From Methylotenera sp. (GTDB taxonomy: Bacteria > Pseudomonadota > Gammaproteobacteria > Burkholderiales > Methylophilaceae): a DNA stretch of 64,000 bases. The notes beneath the pieces are model-generated. The model searched no databases, was not told where the DNA came from, and saw nothing but the letters and a program-made list of their open reading frames with translations. Within the stretch, counting starts at the first letter, position 1; each line of letters begins with the position of its first letter. This document shows positions 30,445 to 40,427 of the stretch, piece by piece. Made by a program: the position numbers and the translations under genes. Where the stretch lies: contig JAVKLV010000001.1 in assembly GCA_031538905.1 (NCBI GenBank), forward strand, positions 7,737 through 71,736. Reading direction: 5' to 3'.

Positions 30445-31355
30445 ATTGATTTTATTCTTGGCTTAAATGCAATGGGTGCAAGCCCATCGTCAAGCTTTGG
30501 CTGACTTGCTCCGCGCCAAGCGTGCCCATAAACCACTTCAAAAGTGGCGGGCAATTTTCCATTATGTCTAAAAGCTTCGTAATTGGCTTCTAAGTTTTTT
30601 AAAAAATCGCGACCAAGTAAGCCGCGCGCACGACCATGCGTGGCGTTGTGTGCGCCTATGCTTTTTAAGTCGCGCATGACACTTCTTGCATTATCGTAAG
30701 TGAGTGTGAAAACTTCTACATCCAGTACTGGTGCACTAAAACCCGTGCGCACCATTGCATCGCCGATGTCGTGCATATCTAAAAATCGACTTACGCTCGT
30801 ATTACCATGAGGTGAGCTTGTGGCAGCACGTAACTCTTTGAGCGTGTCTGGTCCAAATGTGCTAAACATCAATAAGCCTTCAGGCTGTAATACGCGGTAA
30901 AATTCTTGCAAAGCCATGTCTAAGTCATTGCACCATTGAATGGCTAAATTTGACCACAAAAAATCAACGCTCGTATTTGATATTGGCAAGGCTTCAATAT
31001 CTGCGCACAAGAGTTTTGGGCTTCTGCCACTCACTAGGTTTTTGATGTGCTCAATCAAGCCAAGATAAGGCTTGGTTTTGCGCGTTTTTTGCAGCATGGG
31101 CAGCGCAAAATCTAAAGACACGATGTCTGCTTTCAGGAAGCGCTTTTGTAGGGCATGGCTTCCAAGACCGGTGCCGCAACCCGCATCCAGAATGCTGTGT
31201 GGATTTATTTTCACTAAATCTAGGCGTTTTAACATTTCTTCGCGCACTTGTTTTTGCAAGACAGCTGCGGCATCGTAAGTATTGCTGGCGCGCCCAAATG
31301 AAGCGCGCACCAATTTTTTGTCAATATAGTAGCTATCTTTTTCTTTTGGGTTCAT
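30441..31355 (-). CDS. bioC: malonyl-ACP O-methyltransferase
   Basis: 304 aa with the SAM motif ILDAGCGTG. It sits between bioH and bioD. Confidence 0.85.
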   Translation of the reverse strand: MNPKEKDSYYIDKKLVRASFGRASNTYDAAAVLQKQVREEMLKRLDLVKINPHSILDAGCGTGLGSHALQKRFLKADIVSLDFALPMLQKTRKTKPYLGLIEHIKNLVSGRSPKLLCADIEALPISNTSVDFLWSNLAIQWCNDLDMALQEFYRVLQPEGLLMFSTFGPDTLKELRAATSSPHGNTSVSRFLDMHDIGDAMVRTGFSAPVLDVEVFTLTYDNARSVMRDLKSIGAHNATHGRARGLLGRDFLKNLEANYEAFRHNGKLPATFEVVYGHAWRGASQPKLDDGLAPIAFKPRIKSI

Positions 31356-31359
31356 ACGT

Positions 31360-32166
31360 TTAAACGCTTGAGGGGCCTAAAAATTGTATGACAGCCTCTA
31401 AAAAAGACGCCTGGTGAGATAAAAATGGTGCGTGTGAAGCGCCCGCAATCACCCTGAGGTAAGCTGTTGGTAGGTTTTGCATCATCCAGTGAGCGGCTTG
31501 CACGGGTACTAAGGTGTCTTTGTCGCCATGAATAAGTAAAATGGGTTTTCTTAAATGTTCGATTTCTAGGCGTAAATCAGTATCTATCAAGATATTGAGC
31601 GCCTGCCGTAAAATTTGTTGCGTTGGGGCTGGACGCTCTTCTAATTTTTTGCGCAAGAGCCGAATGGTGAGCCTTGCGTTGATATCGCCCATGCACTGCA
31701 GCGTTAAAAATTGTGTAAGCGTTTTGTGATAATTTAAATCCATGCTGTGAGCAAAGTTTCTAAAAACCTCTGCACTGATGCCTTGAGTCCATGGCGCTTG
31801 AGCAGCTAAATTTTCTTTATTAACAAAGCAGGGTGTAGAATCAACTAGCACTAAGCTACGTACAGTTTTCGGGTAATTTAAGGCAATACGCATAGCCACT
31901 TGTCCACCCCAAGACCAGCCCAAGATATCAACATGAGCGGGGAGCATTTCAGCTATTTTTTCGGCAATGCTATGTAAGTGGTAGGGTTCAGTAGGGCGAC
32001 TTAGGCCCATGCCTGGTAGATCAACAATATGCAGTGTAAAAAAATTGCTTAGTTTTTTTATGAGCGGCTGCCACACCACGCCACTCATGCCCCAGCCGTG
32101 CAATAACACTAGGCTAGGGCCGCTGCCTTTTACTTCGATATGAACATTAGCCGGAACGATAGTCAT
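31360..32166 (-). CDS. bioH: pimeloyl-ACP methyl ester carboxylesterase
   Basis: 268 aa alpha/beta hydrolase with LLHGWG, the nucleophile elbow GWSWGG, and C-terminal GASHAPF. It overlaps bioF by 4 nt. Confidence 0.85.
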   Translation of the reverse strand: MTIVPANVHIEVKGSGPSLVLLHGWGMSGVVWQPLIKKLSNFFTLHIVDLPGMGLSRPTEPYHLHSIAEKIAEMLPAHVDILGWSWGGQVAMRIALNYPKTVRSLVLVDSTPCFVNKENLAAQAPWTQGISAEVFRNFAHSMDLNYHKTLTQFLTLQCMGDINARLTIRLLRKKLEERPAPTQQILRQALNILIDTDLRLEIEHLRKPILLIHGDKDTLVPVQAAHWMMQNLPTAYLRVIAGASHAPFLSHQASFLEAVIQFLGPSSV

Positions 32167-33320
32167 AAAATTTTTTCTGCCTGATGAATAGCTAAAATGA
32201 GTTTCTTAACGTCGTCTAACGAATGTACGGCCGATAGCGAGATGCGCAATCTTGCCGTGCCTAACGGTACTGTAGGCGGACGTATGGCTGGCACGAGAAT
32301 GCCTTGTTTTTGTAAATACTCACTCAGTGCCAGCGCCTCTAAATTTTCACCTATTAGCAAAGGCTGAATACTTGTTTGTGAAGGCATGAGCTGCCATTTT
32401 TCACATTTTAAATGATTTTTAAAATAAGTAATCAGGCAAGACAAATGCGTGCGTAAATCATCGCTTTGTTCAATAAGCTCAAGCGATGCGGATAAGGTTG
32501 CAGATAAAGGTGGCGGGGCGGGGGTTGAGTAAACATAGCTTTTTGCAGTTTGAATTAAGTAGTCAATCACCACACTTTCGCCTGCAACAAAAGCGCCCGC
32601 AACGCCGGCGGCTTTACCTAGTGTAGCCATCATGATGATACGTGGTGACTTTAATTTAAGGTGATTGAGTGTGCCTTGCCCATGTTCTCCTAGTACGCCA
32701 AAGCCGTGCGCATCATCAATGTATAAATACGCATCGTATTTTTCGCACAGTGCTAAGTACTCTGCTAATGGCGCCATGTCGCCATCCATGCTAAATACAG
32801 CGTCCACCGCGATTATTTTGTGTTGCGCCTTGCTGGCTTCTAGTAGCTTTTCAAGCGCATACACATCGTTATGGGCAAAGCGGTTAAACGTTGCCAGCGA
32901 GTAATACCCACCGTCATTAAGACAGGCGTGATTTAATTTGTCGGCAAAAATGGCATCTTCTCGCCCAAGTAATGCGCCCAATACGCCAATGTTTGCCATG
33001 TAGCCAGTAGAAAATAACAGTGCTGCCGGCATATCGACAAACTGAGCCAGTTGTTTTTCTAAATGATCGTGGTGGCGGTGATGCCCCGTTACAAGCGCGG
33101 ATGCGCCACTACCTACCCCTGACTCTTGCGCGGCATTTTGCATGGCTTGAATGAGCTTTGGGTGGTTAGCTAACCCCAAATAATCATTGCTACAAAAAGA
33201 TAAATACGGCTGGCTATTTGCCACAATATGTTCAGCTTGCGGCGAATCAAGCAGGCGTCTTTGACGCATAAGCCCAGCTGCTTTACGTTGCTCTAATGCG
33301 CCTTGTAAAAATGCGAGCAT
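32163..33320 (-). CDS. bioF: 8-amino-7-oxononanoate synthase
   Basis: 385 aa PLP enzyme with DDAHGFGVLG and ATLGKAAG (PLP lysine). It lies in the bio cluster. Confidence 0.9.
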   Translation of the reverse strand: MLAFLQGALEQRKAAGLMRQRRLLDSPQAEHIVANSQPYLSFCSNDYLGLANHPKLIQAMQNAAQESGVGSGASALVTGHHRHHDHLEKQLAQFVDMPAALLFSTGYMANIGVLGALLGREDAIFADKLNHACLNDGGYYSLATFNRFAHNDVYALEKLLEASKAQHKIIAVDAVFSMDGDMAPLAEYLALCEKYDAYLYIDDAHGFGVLGEHGQGTLNHLKLKSPRIIMMATLGKAAGVAGAFVAGESVVIDYLIQTAKSYVYSTPAPPPLSATLSASLELIEQSDDLRTHLSCLITYFKNHLKCEKWQLMPSQTSIQPLLIGENLEALALSEYLQKQGILVPAIRPPTVPLGTARLRISLSAVHSLDDVKKLILAIHQAEKIL

Positions 33321-33334
33321 GGTGAGTTTTATAG

Positions 33335-34348
33335 TTAGATTTTATTGATGCCAAGTTTGGCAAACAGCGCTTGGTCGCTAGAGGTTTCTGGATTGGCGGT
33401 AGTTAGTAATTTTTCACCGTAAAAAATACTGTTTGCACCTGCCAGAAAGCACATGGCTTGAATGCCTTCATTCATGCTTTGGCGGCCTGCTGATAAGCGC
33501 ACATAGCTTGTGGGCATGGTAATACGGGCAGCGGCAATGGTGCGTACAAATTCTAAAGCGTCTAACTCTGCTGTGCCGTGCAAAGGAGTGCCTTCAACTT
33601 GTGTGAGTAAATTGATAGGCACGCTTTCTGGTGGGTGCTCCATATTAGCCAGCTCTGCCAATAAGCCGGCACGCTGAGTACGCGTTTCTCCCATACCAAT
33701 AATGCCGCCACTACACACGTGAATATCTTGTTGACGCACTCGATCTAGGGTGTCTAAGCGGTCTTGATAAGTGCGGGTGCTAATCACGTTGCCATAAAAC
33801 TCTGGTGCGGTATCTAAATTATGGTTGTAATAATCTAAACCAGCCGCTTTTAATTGCTCAGCTTGACCTTCTTTTAACATACCTAATGTTGCGCACGTTT
33901 CTAAGCCCATGGCTTTTACTTCGGCAATCATTTTTAATACAGGCTCTAAATCACGCTGTTTTGGGCCGCGCCATGCAGCCCCCATACAAAAGCGACTTGC
34001 GCCATTATTTTTAGCTGTCTGTGCCGCACTTAGCACTTCATCAAGCTTCATCAAGGGCTCGTCCTCAACCTCGGTGTGATAACGCGCCGCTTGTGGGCAG
34101 TAACCGCAATCTTCAGAACAACCCCCGGTTTTAATTGAGAGTAGCGTGCTCACTTGCACAGCATTAGGGTCAAAGTGTGCACGATGCACGGTTTGTGCTT
34201 GATACATTAAATCGCTGAAAGGCAGCTCAAATAATGCGACAATGTCAGCAACGCTCCAACGATTGACGGTATGAGTTTCATGAGATGCCTTAACATTGGC
34301 TTTTAAGCCATCAGTATTAATGACGGTCTGTGCTGCGTTTTCGAACAT
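33335..34348 (-). CDS. bioB: biotin synthase
   Basis: 337 aa with the radical-SAM motif [12 protein letters not shown] and YNHNLDT. Confidence 0.96.
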   Translation of the reverse strand: MFENAAQTVINTDGLKANVKASHETHTVNRWSVADIVALFELPFSDLMYQAQTVHRAHFDPNAVQVSTLLSIKTGGCSEDCGYCPQAARYHTEVEDEPLMKLDEVLSAAQTAKNNGASRFCMGAAWRGPKQRDLEPVLKMIAEVKAMGLETCATLGMLKEGQAEQLKAAGLDYYNHNLDTAPEFYGNVISTRTYQDRLDTLDRVRQQDIHVCSGGIIGMGETRTQRAGLLAELANMEHPPESVPINLLTQVEGTPLHGTAELDALEFVRTIAAARITMPTSYVRLSAGRQSMNEGIQAMCFLAGANSIFYGEKLLTTANPETSSDQALFAKLGINKI

Positions 34349-34425
34349 TGATTATTTCCTTATTAGGGTGCTTGATTGACCGCAAGATTATACCTTGTCA
34401 ACCAAAAGTGTCATAAAAGTTAAAT

Positions 34426-35160
34426 ATGCGATTAAATTTTAAGCAAATTATAACGGGTAATTTATCTGCAATTTTGTTGAGCCGCTTCTTTAAAAAAAAT
34501 TTATTTAAAGAAGCATGCTTTTTGTGTGTAGCCAGTGATGGCGACAAGCTTGGAATGTGCCGTGCTTGTTACGCAGACTTACCTTGGCACACCCAGCCGC
34601 AATGCCCGCAGTGCGGCTTGCTATCTAATGGATTGGTATGTGGTGCTTGTTTAAGTGCACCGCCAAGTTTTGATGCAACACGTAGTCTGTTTGTTTATGA
34701 GTTTCCGCTCGATGCGATGATTCAGCGCTATAAGTATGGCAATATGTTGAGCTTGGGGTATGTTTTTGGCACGTTGCTGAGTCAAAAAATTAACTTAGCC
34801 AACGTTGATTTAGTTATTCCTATGCCGATGCACCCTGTCCGCTTAAAAGAGCGAGGCTTTAATCAGGCTTTAGAAATGGCTAAAATAATGACCCAACATT
34901 GCCCGCAAAAGCTCGACTCTAAAACCGCACAGCGGCAAAAATACACACAACCACAAGCAAGCTTGCCATTTAAAGAGCGCGTTAAAAACATCAAAGGTGC
35001 ATTTAAGGTGGTGCATGATGTAACAGGTCAACGCATTATGATTGTGGATGATGTCATGACAACGGGGGCTAGCTTAAATGAGCTTGCGAAAGCGCTTAAG
35101 CAAAAAGGCGCGAGCCATGTGCTGTGCTCGGTGCTTGCGCGTAGCTTGCCGCGCCGATAA
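34426..35160 (+). CDS. comF: ComF-family phosphoribosyltransferase-domain protein
   Basis: 244 aa with an N-terminal Cys-rich zinc-finger-like region (CRACYADL…CPQCG…CGAC) and the C-terminal PRTase motif IMIVDDVMTTGAS. Confidence 0.8.
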   Translation: MRLNFKQIITGNLSAILLSRFFKKNLFKEACFLCVASDGDKLGMCRACYADLPWHTQPQCPQCGLLSNGLVCGACLSAPPSFDATRSLFVYEFPLDAMIQRYKYGNMLSLGYVFGTLLSQKINLANVDLVIPMPMHPVRLKERGFNQALEMAKIMTQHCPQKLDSKTAQRQKYTQPQASLPFKERVKNIKGAFKVVHDVTGQRIMIVDDVMTTGASLNELAKALKQKGASHVLCSVLARSLPRR

Positions 35161-35286
35161 GGCGTTAAGAGAATGTGTCACTTTTAAGATCAATAGTTTT
35201 TATCAAAAGCAATTTATAAACAATAGTCTTTATTCAATGCTTTCAATATAAAGTCACTTTAATAACATCTGAATGGTATTTATATT

Positions 35287-35751
35287 ATGTTTGCAATTGT
35301 ATTGTTTGAGCCTGAAATTCCACCTAACACCGGCAATATCATTAGGCTATGTGCTAATACGGGGGCGGCTTTGCATTTAATTAAACCTTTGGGCTTTAGT
35401 TTAGATGATAAGCAGCTCAAGCGTGCTGGTTTGGATTATCACGAGTATTCAGCTATCAACGTGCATGAAAACTGGGCTGCGTGTAAAACGGCATTGGCTG
35501 GCAAACGCTTGTTTGCAATCACCACCAAAGGTAGCACGCGCCACAGCGATATTCAGTTTAAAGCAGATGATGTATTTGTGTTTGGCCCTGAAACACGGGG
35601 CTTACCTGAAGAGATTCGTAGTGAATTTGCCGCAGAGCATCGCTTGCGCTTGCCGATGCTTGCAACTAGCCGTAGCTTAAATTTATCTAACTCTGCCGCA
35701 GTGCTGTTATATGAGGCTTGGCGGCAGGTGGATTTTGCAGGGGGCGTTTAA
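35287..35751 (+). CDS. trmL: tRNA (cytidine/uridine-34-2'-O)-methyltransferase TrmL
   Basis: 154 aa SpoU/TrmH-fold protein with LFEPEIPPNTGNIIRLCANTG and the C-terminal SLNLSNSAAV knot motif. Confidence 0.9.
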   Translation: MFAIVLFEPEIPPNTGNIIRLCANTGAALHLIKPLGFSLDDKQLKRAGLDYHEYSAINVHENWAACKTALAGKRLFAITTKGSTRHSDIQFKADDVFVFGPETRGLPEEIRSEFAAEHRLRLPMLATSRSLNLSNSAAVLLYEAWRQVDFAGGV

Positions 35752-35851
35752 ATTGAGCCTGAATCTACAGATTTTAATAATAGATTGATTTTTTAGCTTG
35801 ATTTTTGTTGCGTGCTGCGCACCCTAAAATTGCGCGGCAAATATAGAGCCG

Positions 35852-36844
35852 CTAAACAACCTCGGGTTTTTGTGTGCGCCCCAATAAATCTGCTACTGCA
35901 TTTTCGGCGCTTTTGCCATTGGATAATGCTTGATTAACCTCAGAGGTGATGGGCATCTCTACCTTAATTTGACCAGCTCTTCGCATCACTTCTCGGGCAG
36001 TATTGACCCCTTCAGCTACATGACCTAAGCCTTGCAAAATATCAGCGAGTGATTTGCCACTTGCAAGTTGCAAGCCTACTTCACGATTACGCGAGTATTG
36101 TCCTGTGCAAGTTAAAATTAAATCTCCCGCACCAGCTAAACCCATAAAGGTTTCATGAGAGGCACCCAGTGCCACGCCAAAGCGCGTCATTTCGGCCAAG
36201 CCGCGGGTAATCATTGCGGCGCGTGCATTGTTTCCAAAGCCCATGCCGTCGCTAATGCCTGCGGCAATGGCCATCACATTTTTAATCGCACCTCCCACAG
36301 AAACCCCAATAACATCCGTGCTGTGGTAAACACGTAAGTTAGCGCCATGAATCATTAAAGCAGCTTCGCTGGCAAATGCTGCATCATTAGCCGCCAAGGT
36401 GATTGCAGTTGGCAAACCACGCACTAGCTCGGCGGCAAAGCTAGGCCCTGAAAGCGCGCCCCATTTTTGGGCGTGACCAAGCTCTTCTAGCGCAACTTCG
36501 TAAGGGAGTTTGGCCGATGCGGGCTCTAAGCCTTTATGCGCCCAAACAATAGGCAGTTGGCTGCCAAGTGCTTTAATCGCTTGTAACATTTGCCTGAAGC
36601 CCGCGGTGGGGACGACGGAGAGTATTAAGTCTGCGCCATTGAGCGCACTTGCCAAATCATTTTCAACCTGCAGTTGAGCGTTAAATTTAAAGTCGCCTAA
36701 ATACATCGGGTTTGCGCCCGCTTTGCGCATCCCCGATACGTGGCCAGCATTGCGTGCCCAAAGTGAAACTTGGTGGCGCTGACTGATATTGATTGCAAGG
36801 GCCGTACCCCAAGCGCCCGCACCTAATACTGCAACTTTAGCCAC
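35852..36844 (-). CDS. gpsA: NAD(P)H-dependent glycerol-3-phosphate dehydrogenase
   Basis: 330 aa with a GTG start, the Rossmann motif VLGAGAWGTALA, and GAIKNVMAIAAG. Confidence 0.95.
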   Translation of the reverse strand: MAKVAVLGAGAWGTALAINISQRHQVSLWARNAGHVSGMRKAGANPMYLGDFKFNAQLQVENDLASALNGADLILSVVPTAGFRQMLQAIKALGSQLPIVWAHKGLEPASAKLPYEVALEELGHAQKWGALSGPSFAAELVRGLPTAITLAANDAAFASEAALMIHGANLRVYHSTDVIGVSVGGAIKNVMAIAAGISDGMGFGNNARAAMITRGLAEMTRFGVALGASHETFMGLAGAGDLILTCTGQYSRNREVGLQLASGKSLADILQGLGHVAEGVNTAREVMRRAGQIKVEMPITSEVNQALSNGKSAENAVADLLGRTQKPEVV

Positions 36845-36849
36845 TTAAC

Positions 36850-37335
36850 TTAAAACCCCCAAGTCGATGAAATGAGCATATAGCCAGTTAAGCCATCGCG
36901 ATGCTTAACTTTAATCCAGCCTTGGTTAATTTTCGCATCACCAGCTTTCGCATCAGCAACTTCGAGCAACACGTCTTTATCTACACTTGCAAGTAAAGTG
37001 GATGTTGCATCAGCAGATTGCCGTATTTCTGCCTTGCTAGCAGAGATGATCACTGTGCGCTTACTTGACAAGAATTTTGCTTCTATCCAATTCAGCGCGC
37101 CTTCAGCGTCTCGCACTTTTAGCCAATCACCCAAATTTACCACCACTTCTACCGGGTAGTTTTGACTCAACAACAAGACTTTTTTTGACGAAGCTGAGGG
37201 CGCGTCGTAAAGCACTGCTTTAGATGCGGAAACTGAACGAAAATCGAGCGCTAGTGCTATTTGTGGCGCCAATGCAAAAAAGCAAATTGCCAGTATGTTG
37301 CAGGCAAGTAGGCGTGTTTTTTTAGTTGTAAGCAT
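36850..37335 (-). CDS. secreted tandem SH3b-domain protein
   Basis: 161 aa with a signal peptide (…ALAPQIALA/LD) and two SH3_3-like halves (…GDWLKVRDAEGALNWIEAKFL… and …QGWIKVKHRDGLTGYMLISS). Confidence 0.65.
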   Translation of the reverse strand: MLTTKKTRLLACNILAICFFALAPQIALALDFRSVSASKAVLYDAPSASSKKVLLLSQNYPVEVVVNLGDWLKVRDAEGALNWIEAKFLSSKRTVIISASKAEIRQSADATSTLLASVDKDVLLEVADAKAGDAKINQGWIKVKHRDGLTGYMLISSTWGF

Positions 37336-37355
37336 TGTGCAACAATCTTGCTTGT

Positions 37356-37835
37356 TTATTTTTTTTCTGCGGCTTGAGCGGCTTCCGTTTGCCTTTGTTT
37401 TTGATCAGCGAATAAGGCTTCAAAATTGATTGGGCTTAACAGTACGGGCTGAAAGCCAGCGCGAATGATTAAGTCTGAAACAGCTTCACGCGCGTAGGGA
37501 AATAAAATGTTAGGGCAGGTAATGCCTGCAATCATTTCAATGCTTTCTTGTGGAACATTGCGAATTTGGAAAATACCTGCTTGTGTAATTTCTACCAAAA
37601 ATGCTGTTTTATCTTCAATTTTTGAAGTCACGGTTACTTTAAGCGCCACTTCAAATATGCCTTCTTCAAGCGCTTGTATAGCGTTGCCTAATTCAACGCT
37701 CACTTGTGGCTGGGTGCGCTCTGTAAAAATGCGCGGTGCATTTGGAATTTCTAATGAAGCATCTTTCACGTAAATTTTTTCGATGCTAAAGCCAGGCTGC
37801 GCTTCTTCTTTTTGGTTCTCTTCTTTTTTGGTCAT
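37356..37835 (-). CDS. secB: protein-export chaperone SecB
   Basis: 159 aa. FSIEKIYVKDASLEIPNAP matches the SecB N-terminal core, and the C-terminus is acidic. Confidence 0.93.
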   Translation of the reverse strand: MTKKEENQKEEAQPGFSIEKIYVKDASLEIPNAPRIFTERTQPQVSVELGNAIQALEEGIFEVALKVTVTSKIEDKTAFLVEITQAGIFQIRNVPQESIEMIAGITCPNILFPYAREAVSDLIIRAGFQPVLLSPINFEALFADQKQRQTEAAQAAEKK

Positions 37836-37948
37836 GATTTTTATTTTCTATGAGGTGGTTGTGGTTAAAATTAAAAAAATTAAAAGTAGTTAAAATGAAA
37901 TGAGTCAATGGTTAAAGCACTATTTTAGCAGACTTTAGCGCATAGTTT

Positions 37949-38206
37949 TTAAAGCGCGAGCAACGGGTCTAAACCACCTGCCATATCAAGTGCGTGTAAA
38001 TCATCAAAACCACCGATATGGCGCTCGTTAATGTAGATTTGTGGCACGGTGCGCCGGCCTGTTTTTTGTATCATTTCATCGCGTCGGTCAGTGTGTAAGT
38101 CAATACGAATTTTGTCAATTTCAGTGACGCCTTTGCTTTTAAGTAGTCGTTCGGCATTGATACAATAAGGGCATACTGCGGTTGCATACATTGTTATTTT
38201 GGGCAT
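37949..38206 (-). CDS. grxC: glutaredoxin 3
   Basis: 85 aa with the CPYC active site and the TVPQIYI…GGFDDL glutathione-binding motifs. Confidence 0.93.
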   Translation of the reverse strand: MPKITMYATAVCPYCINAERLLKSKGVTEIDKIRIDLHTDRRDEMIQKTGRRTVPQIYINERHIGGFDDLHALDMAGGLDPLLAL

Positions 38207-38248
38207 TTTATTTCATTTCTAATTGTATTTTAGAAGTAGCATTGTTTT

Positions 38249-38728
38249 TTAAGTCTCATCATTGGCGGCTTGTTGGCTACGCGCTTTTTGCATGCTCACA
38301 TCACTCATCATAGGTAGCTTGGCTGCTGCCCAAGCATTTAGACCGCCTTGCAGGTGGGTGACTTGCGTGAATTCGGCTTTTCGTAAAATAGCACACGCTT
38401 TGGCTGAGCGCACTCCACGCTGGCAATGCACTAAAATAGCTTTATTTTGATGCTTTTTTAACTCATCAAGCCTGTTTGCAAGCTCAGTTAGTGGAATGTT
38501 TTTAGCCTGCGCGATATGCCCGCCAGAAAACTCACTTGCATCACGCACATCAAGCACTAGAGCGTTTGAGCGGTTAATTAAAGTCACCGCTTCAGCGGGG
38601 CTTACTGCACTTTTATCTTTTTTAATGTGAGGGATGATGAGCATGAGCCCTGAGCCCAACGCCAAACTAATGAGTAATATGTTATGTTGAATAAAATCCA
38701 CGTATTTCCTTTCGATTAAATGGTCCAT
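38249..38728 (-). CDS. membrane-anchored rhodanese-domain sulfurtransferase
   Basis: 159 aa with one N-terminal TM helix and a rhodanese fold whose active-site loop is HCQRGVRS. Confidence 0.8.
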   Translation of the reverse strand: MDHLIERKYVDFIQHNILLISLALGSGLMLIIPHIKKDKSAVSPAEAVTLINRSNALVLDVRDASEFSGGHIAQAKNIPLTELANRLDELKKHQNKAILVHCQRGVRSAKACAILRKAEFTQVTHLQGGLNAWAAAKLPMMSDVSMQKARSQQAANDET

Positions 38729-38869
38729 TGAGTGCGGGTGTGAGCTTGCCTGATAATAGGGCTTTGCAAGTATTTTATACTGCGTTATTTAAGCAGATTT
38801 TACGTGCAAATAAGTTAAAATGTACACATTGTACGTAGTTTTTTAAAACAAACAGTAAGGTTGATACTG

Positions 38870-40426
38870 ATGCCCCTCCCGCTTAACACAAAGCCCGTAT
38901 GTTTACTGATTCTTGATGGCTTTGGCTATCGAGAAGAGCTTAGTCATAATGCCATTCTACAAGCCAAAAAGCCGCATTGGGATGCCTTGTGGAAAGATTT
39001 TTCGCATACACTCATTCATGCTTCTGAACATTATGTTGGCTTGCCTCAAGGACAAATGGGTAATTCAGAAGTGGGTCATTTAAACATCGGTGCTGGACGT
39101 GTGGTTTTTCAGGATTTTGAGCGCATTAACAACAGTATTGCCAGTGGCGATTTTTTTAAACACCCGGCGCTGTCTGCCGCGCTTGAGGCGCTTAAGCAAA
39201 GTAATCGTGCGCTACACATTGTGGGCTTGCTTTCAGATGGTGGCGTTCATAGCCATCAAGATCATCTGTACGCCATGCTAGAAATGGCGGCAAAGCAGGG
39301 CATTGCTAAAGTGTATATTCACGCATTTTTAGATGGTCGCGACACCCCTCCAATCAGCGCTAGCGCCTATATTGAAGCGCTTGAAGAAAAATGCAGGACG
39401 CTTGGCGTAGGTAAAATAGCCTCCATAAGTGGTCGTTTTTACGGCATGGATAGAGATCAGCGCTGGCCTCGCGTTGAAGCCGCTTATCACTTAATCACTG
39501 AAGGGCTTGGAGAGTTTACAGCGCCGTCTGCAATGGCAGGGTTAAAAAATGCTTATGCTCGCGGCGAAACGGATGAGTTTGTTAAAACTACCGCTATTGT
39601 CAAAGCCGGTGAAAAATCTATTTATTTAGAAGATGGTGACTTGCTTGTTTTTATGAATTTTAGGTCTGATCGTGCAAGGCAGCTCACGCAGGCTTTCTTG
39701 AGTGATGATTTTGACGGTTTTCATAGACGCCATGTGCCTGCTTTGGCAGCTTATTTCACGCTCACCATGTTTGATAAAAATGAAACGCGCGCTTCTGTGA
39801 TTTTTCCGCCGCTTGAGGTTAAAAATACTTTTGGCGAATACCTTTCTAGGCTGGGCATGACGCAATTACGCATTGCCGAAACAGAGAAATACCCGCATGT
39901 GACCTTCTTTTTTAATGGTGGAGAAGAAACAGTATTTGCTGGAGAAGATCGTATTTTAGTGCCTTCTCCGAAGGTTGAAACCTACGATTTGCAACCAGAA
40001 ATGAGCGCTTTTGAAGTCACCGAAAGGCTTGAAGAAGCCATTGCGAGTAAAAAATACAATGCCATTATTTGTAATTATGCCAATGGCGATATGGTGGGGC
40101 ATTCGGGTTCTTTAGAGGCTACAATTAAGGCGGTAGAAACGCTAGATGCCTGTATTGGGCGTATTGTGGTGGCCATGCAGCGTGTTGGTGGAGAGCTGAT
40201 TATCACAGCTGATCACGGCAATGCTGAAACCATGTTTGATATTGAAAATAATCAGCCGCACACGCAGCATACGCTCAATCAAGTGCCTTTGATTTATATT
40301 GGACGCAATGCGCATTTGGCTTCAGAAGCGGCTTTGTCTGATATTGCACCTACTTTGTTACACATGATGGGTCTGCCTCAGCCGCCTGAAATGACGGGTA
40401 GAAGTATGATTACTTTTACGAATTAA
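38870..40426 (+). CDS. gpmI: 2,3-bisphosphoglycerate-independent phosphoglycerate mutase
   Basis: It has LILDGFGYRE and MGNSEVGHLNIGAGR motifs. I prefer the ATG at 38870 (AAGG at 38857-38860) over the track's TTG at 38861, which abuts the RBS. Confidence 0.94.
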   Translation: MPLPLNTKPVCLLILDGFGYREELSHNAILQAKKPHWDALWKDFSHTLIHASEHYVGLPQGQMGNSEVGHLNIGAGRVVFQDFERINNSIASGDFFKHPALSAALEALKQSNRALHIVGLLSDGGVHSHQDHLYAMLEMAAKQGIAKVYIHAFLDGRDTPPISASAYIEALEEKCRTLGVGKIASISGRFYGMDRDQRWPRVEAAYHLITEGLGEFTAPSAMAGLKNAYARGETDEFVKTTAIVKAGEKSIYLEDGDLLVFMNFRSDRARQLTQAFLSDDFDGFHRRHVPALAAYFTLTMFDKNETRASVIFPPLEVKNTFGEYLSRLGMTQLRIAETEKYPHVTFFFNGGEETVFAGEDRILVPSPKVETYDLQPEMSAFEVTERLEEAIASKKYNAIICNYANGDMVGHSGSLEATIKAVETLDACIGRIVVAMQRVGGELIITADHGNAETMFDIENNQPHTQHTLNQVPLIYIGRNAHLASEAALSDIAPTLLHMMGLPQPPEMTGRSMITFTN

Positions 40427-40427
40427 G

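Noticed and set aside
34349-34425. A possible BirA/bio operator in the bioB-comF divergent region. TTGTCAACC at about 34398 resembles the E. coli bioO half-site TTGTAAACC.
   Set aside because: I found only one half-site. No inverted GGTT(T/A)ACAA partner lies at the expected 14-16-bp spacing, and the nearby TTGATTGACC is in direct orientation. This is insufficient to call an operator.
38861-38869. The track start codons TTG 38861 (gpmI) and TTG 57968 (rpiA).
   Set aside because: In both cases a nearby downstream ATG (38870 and 57953) has a properly spaced Shine-Dalgarno sequence and matches the N-terminus of characterised orthologues. The upstream TTGs abut or precede the RBS.
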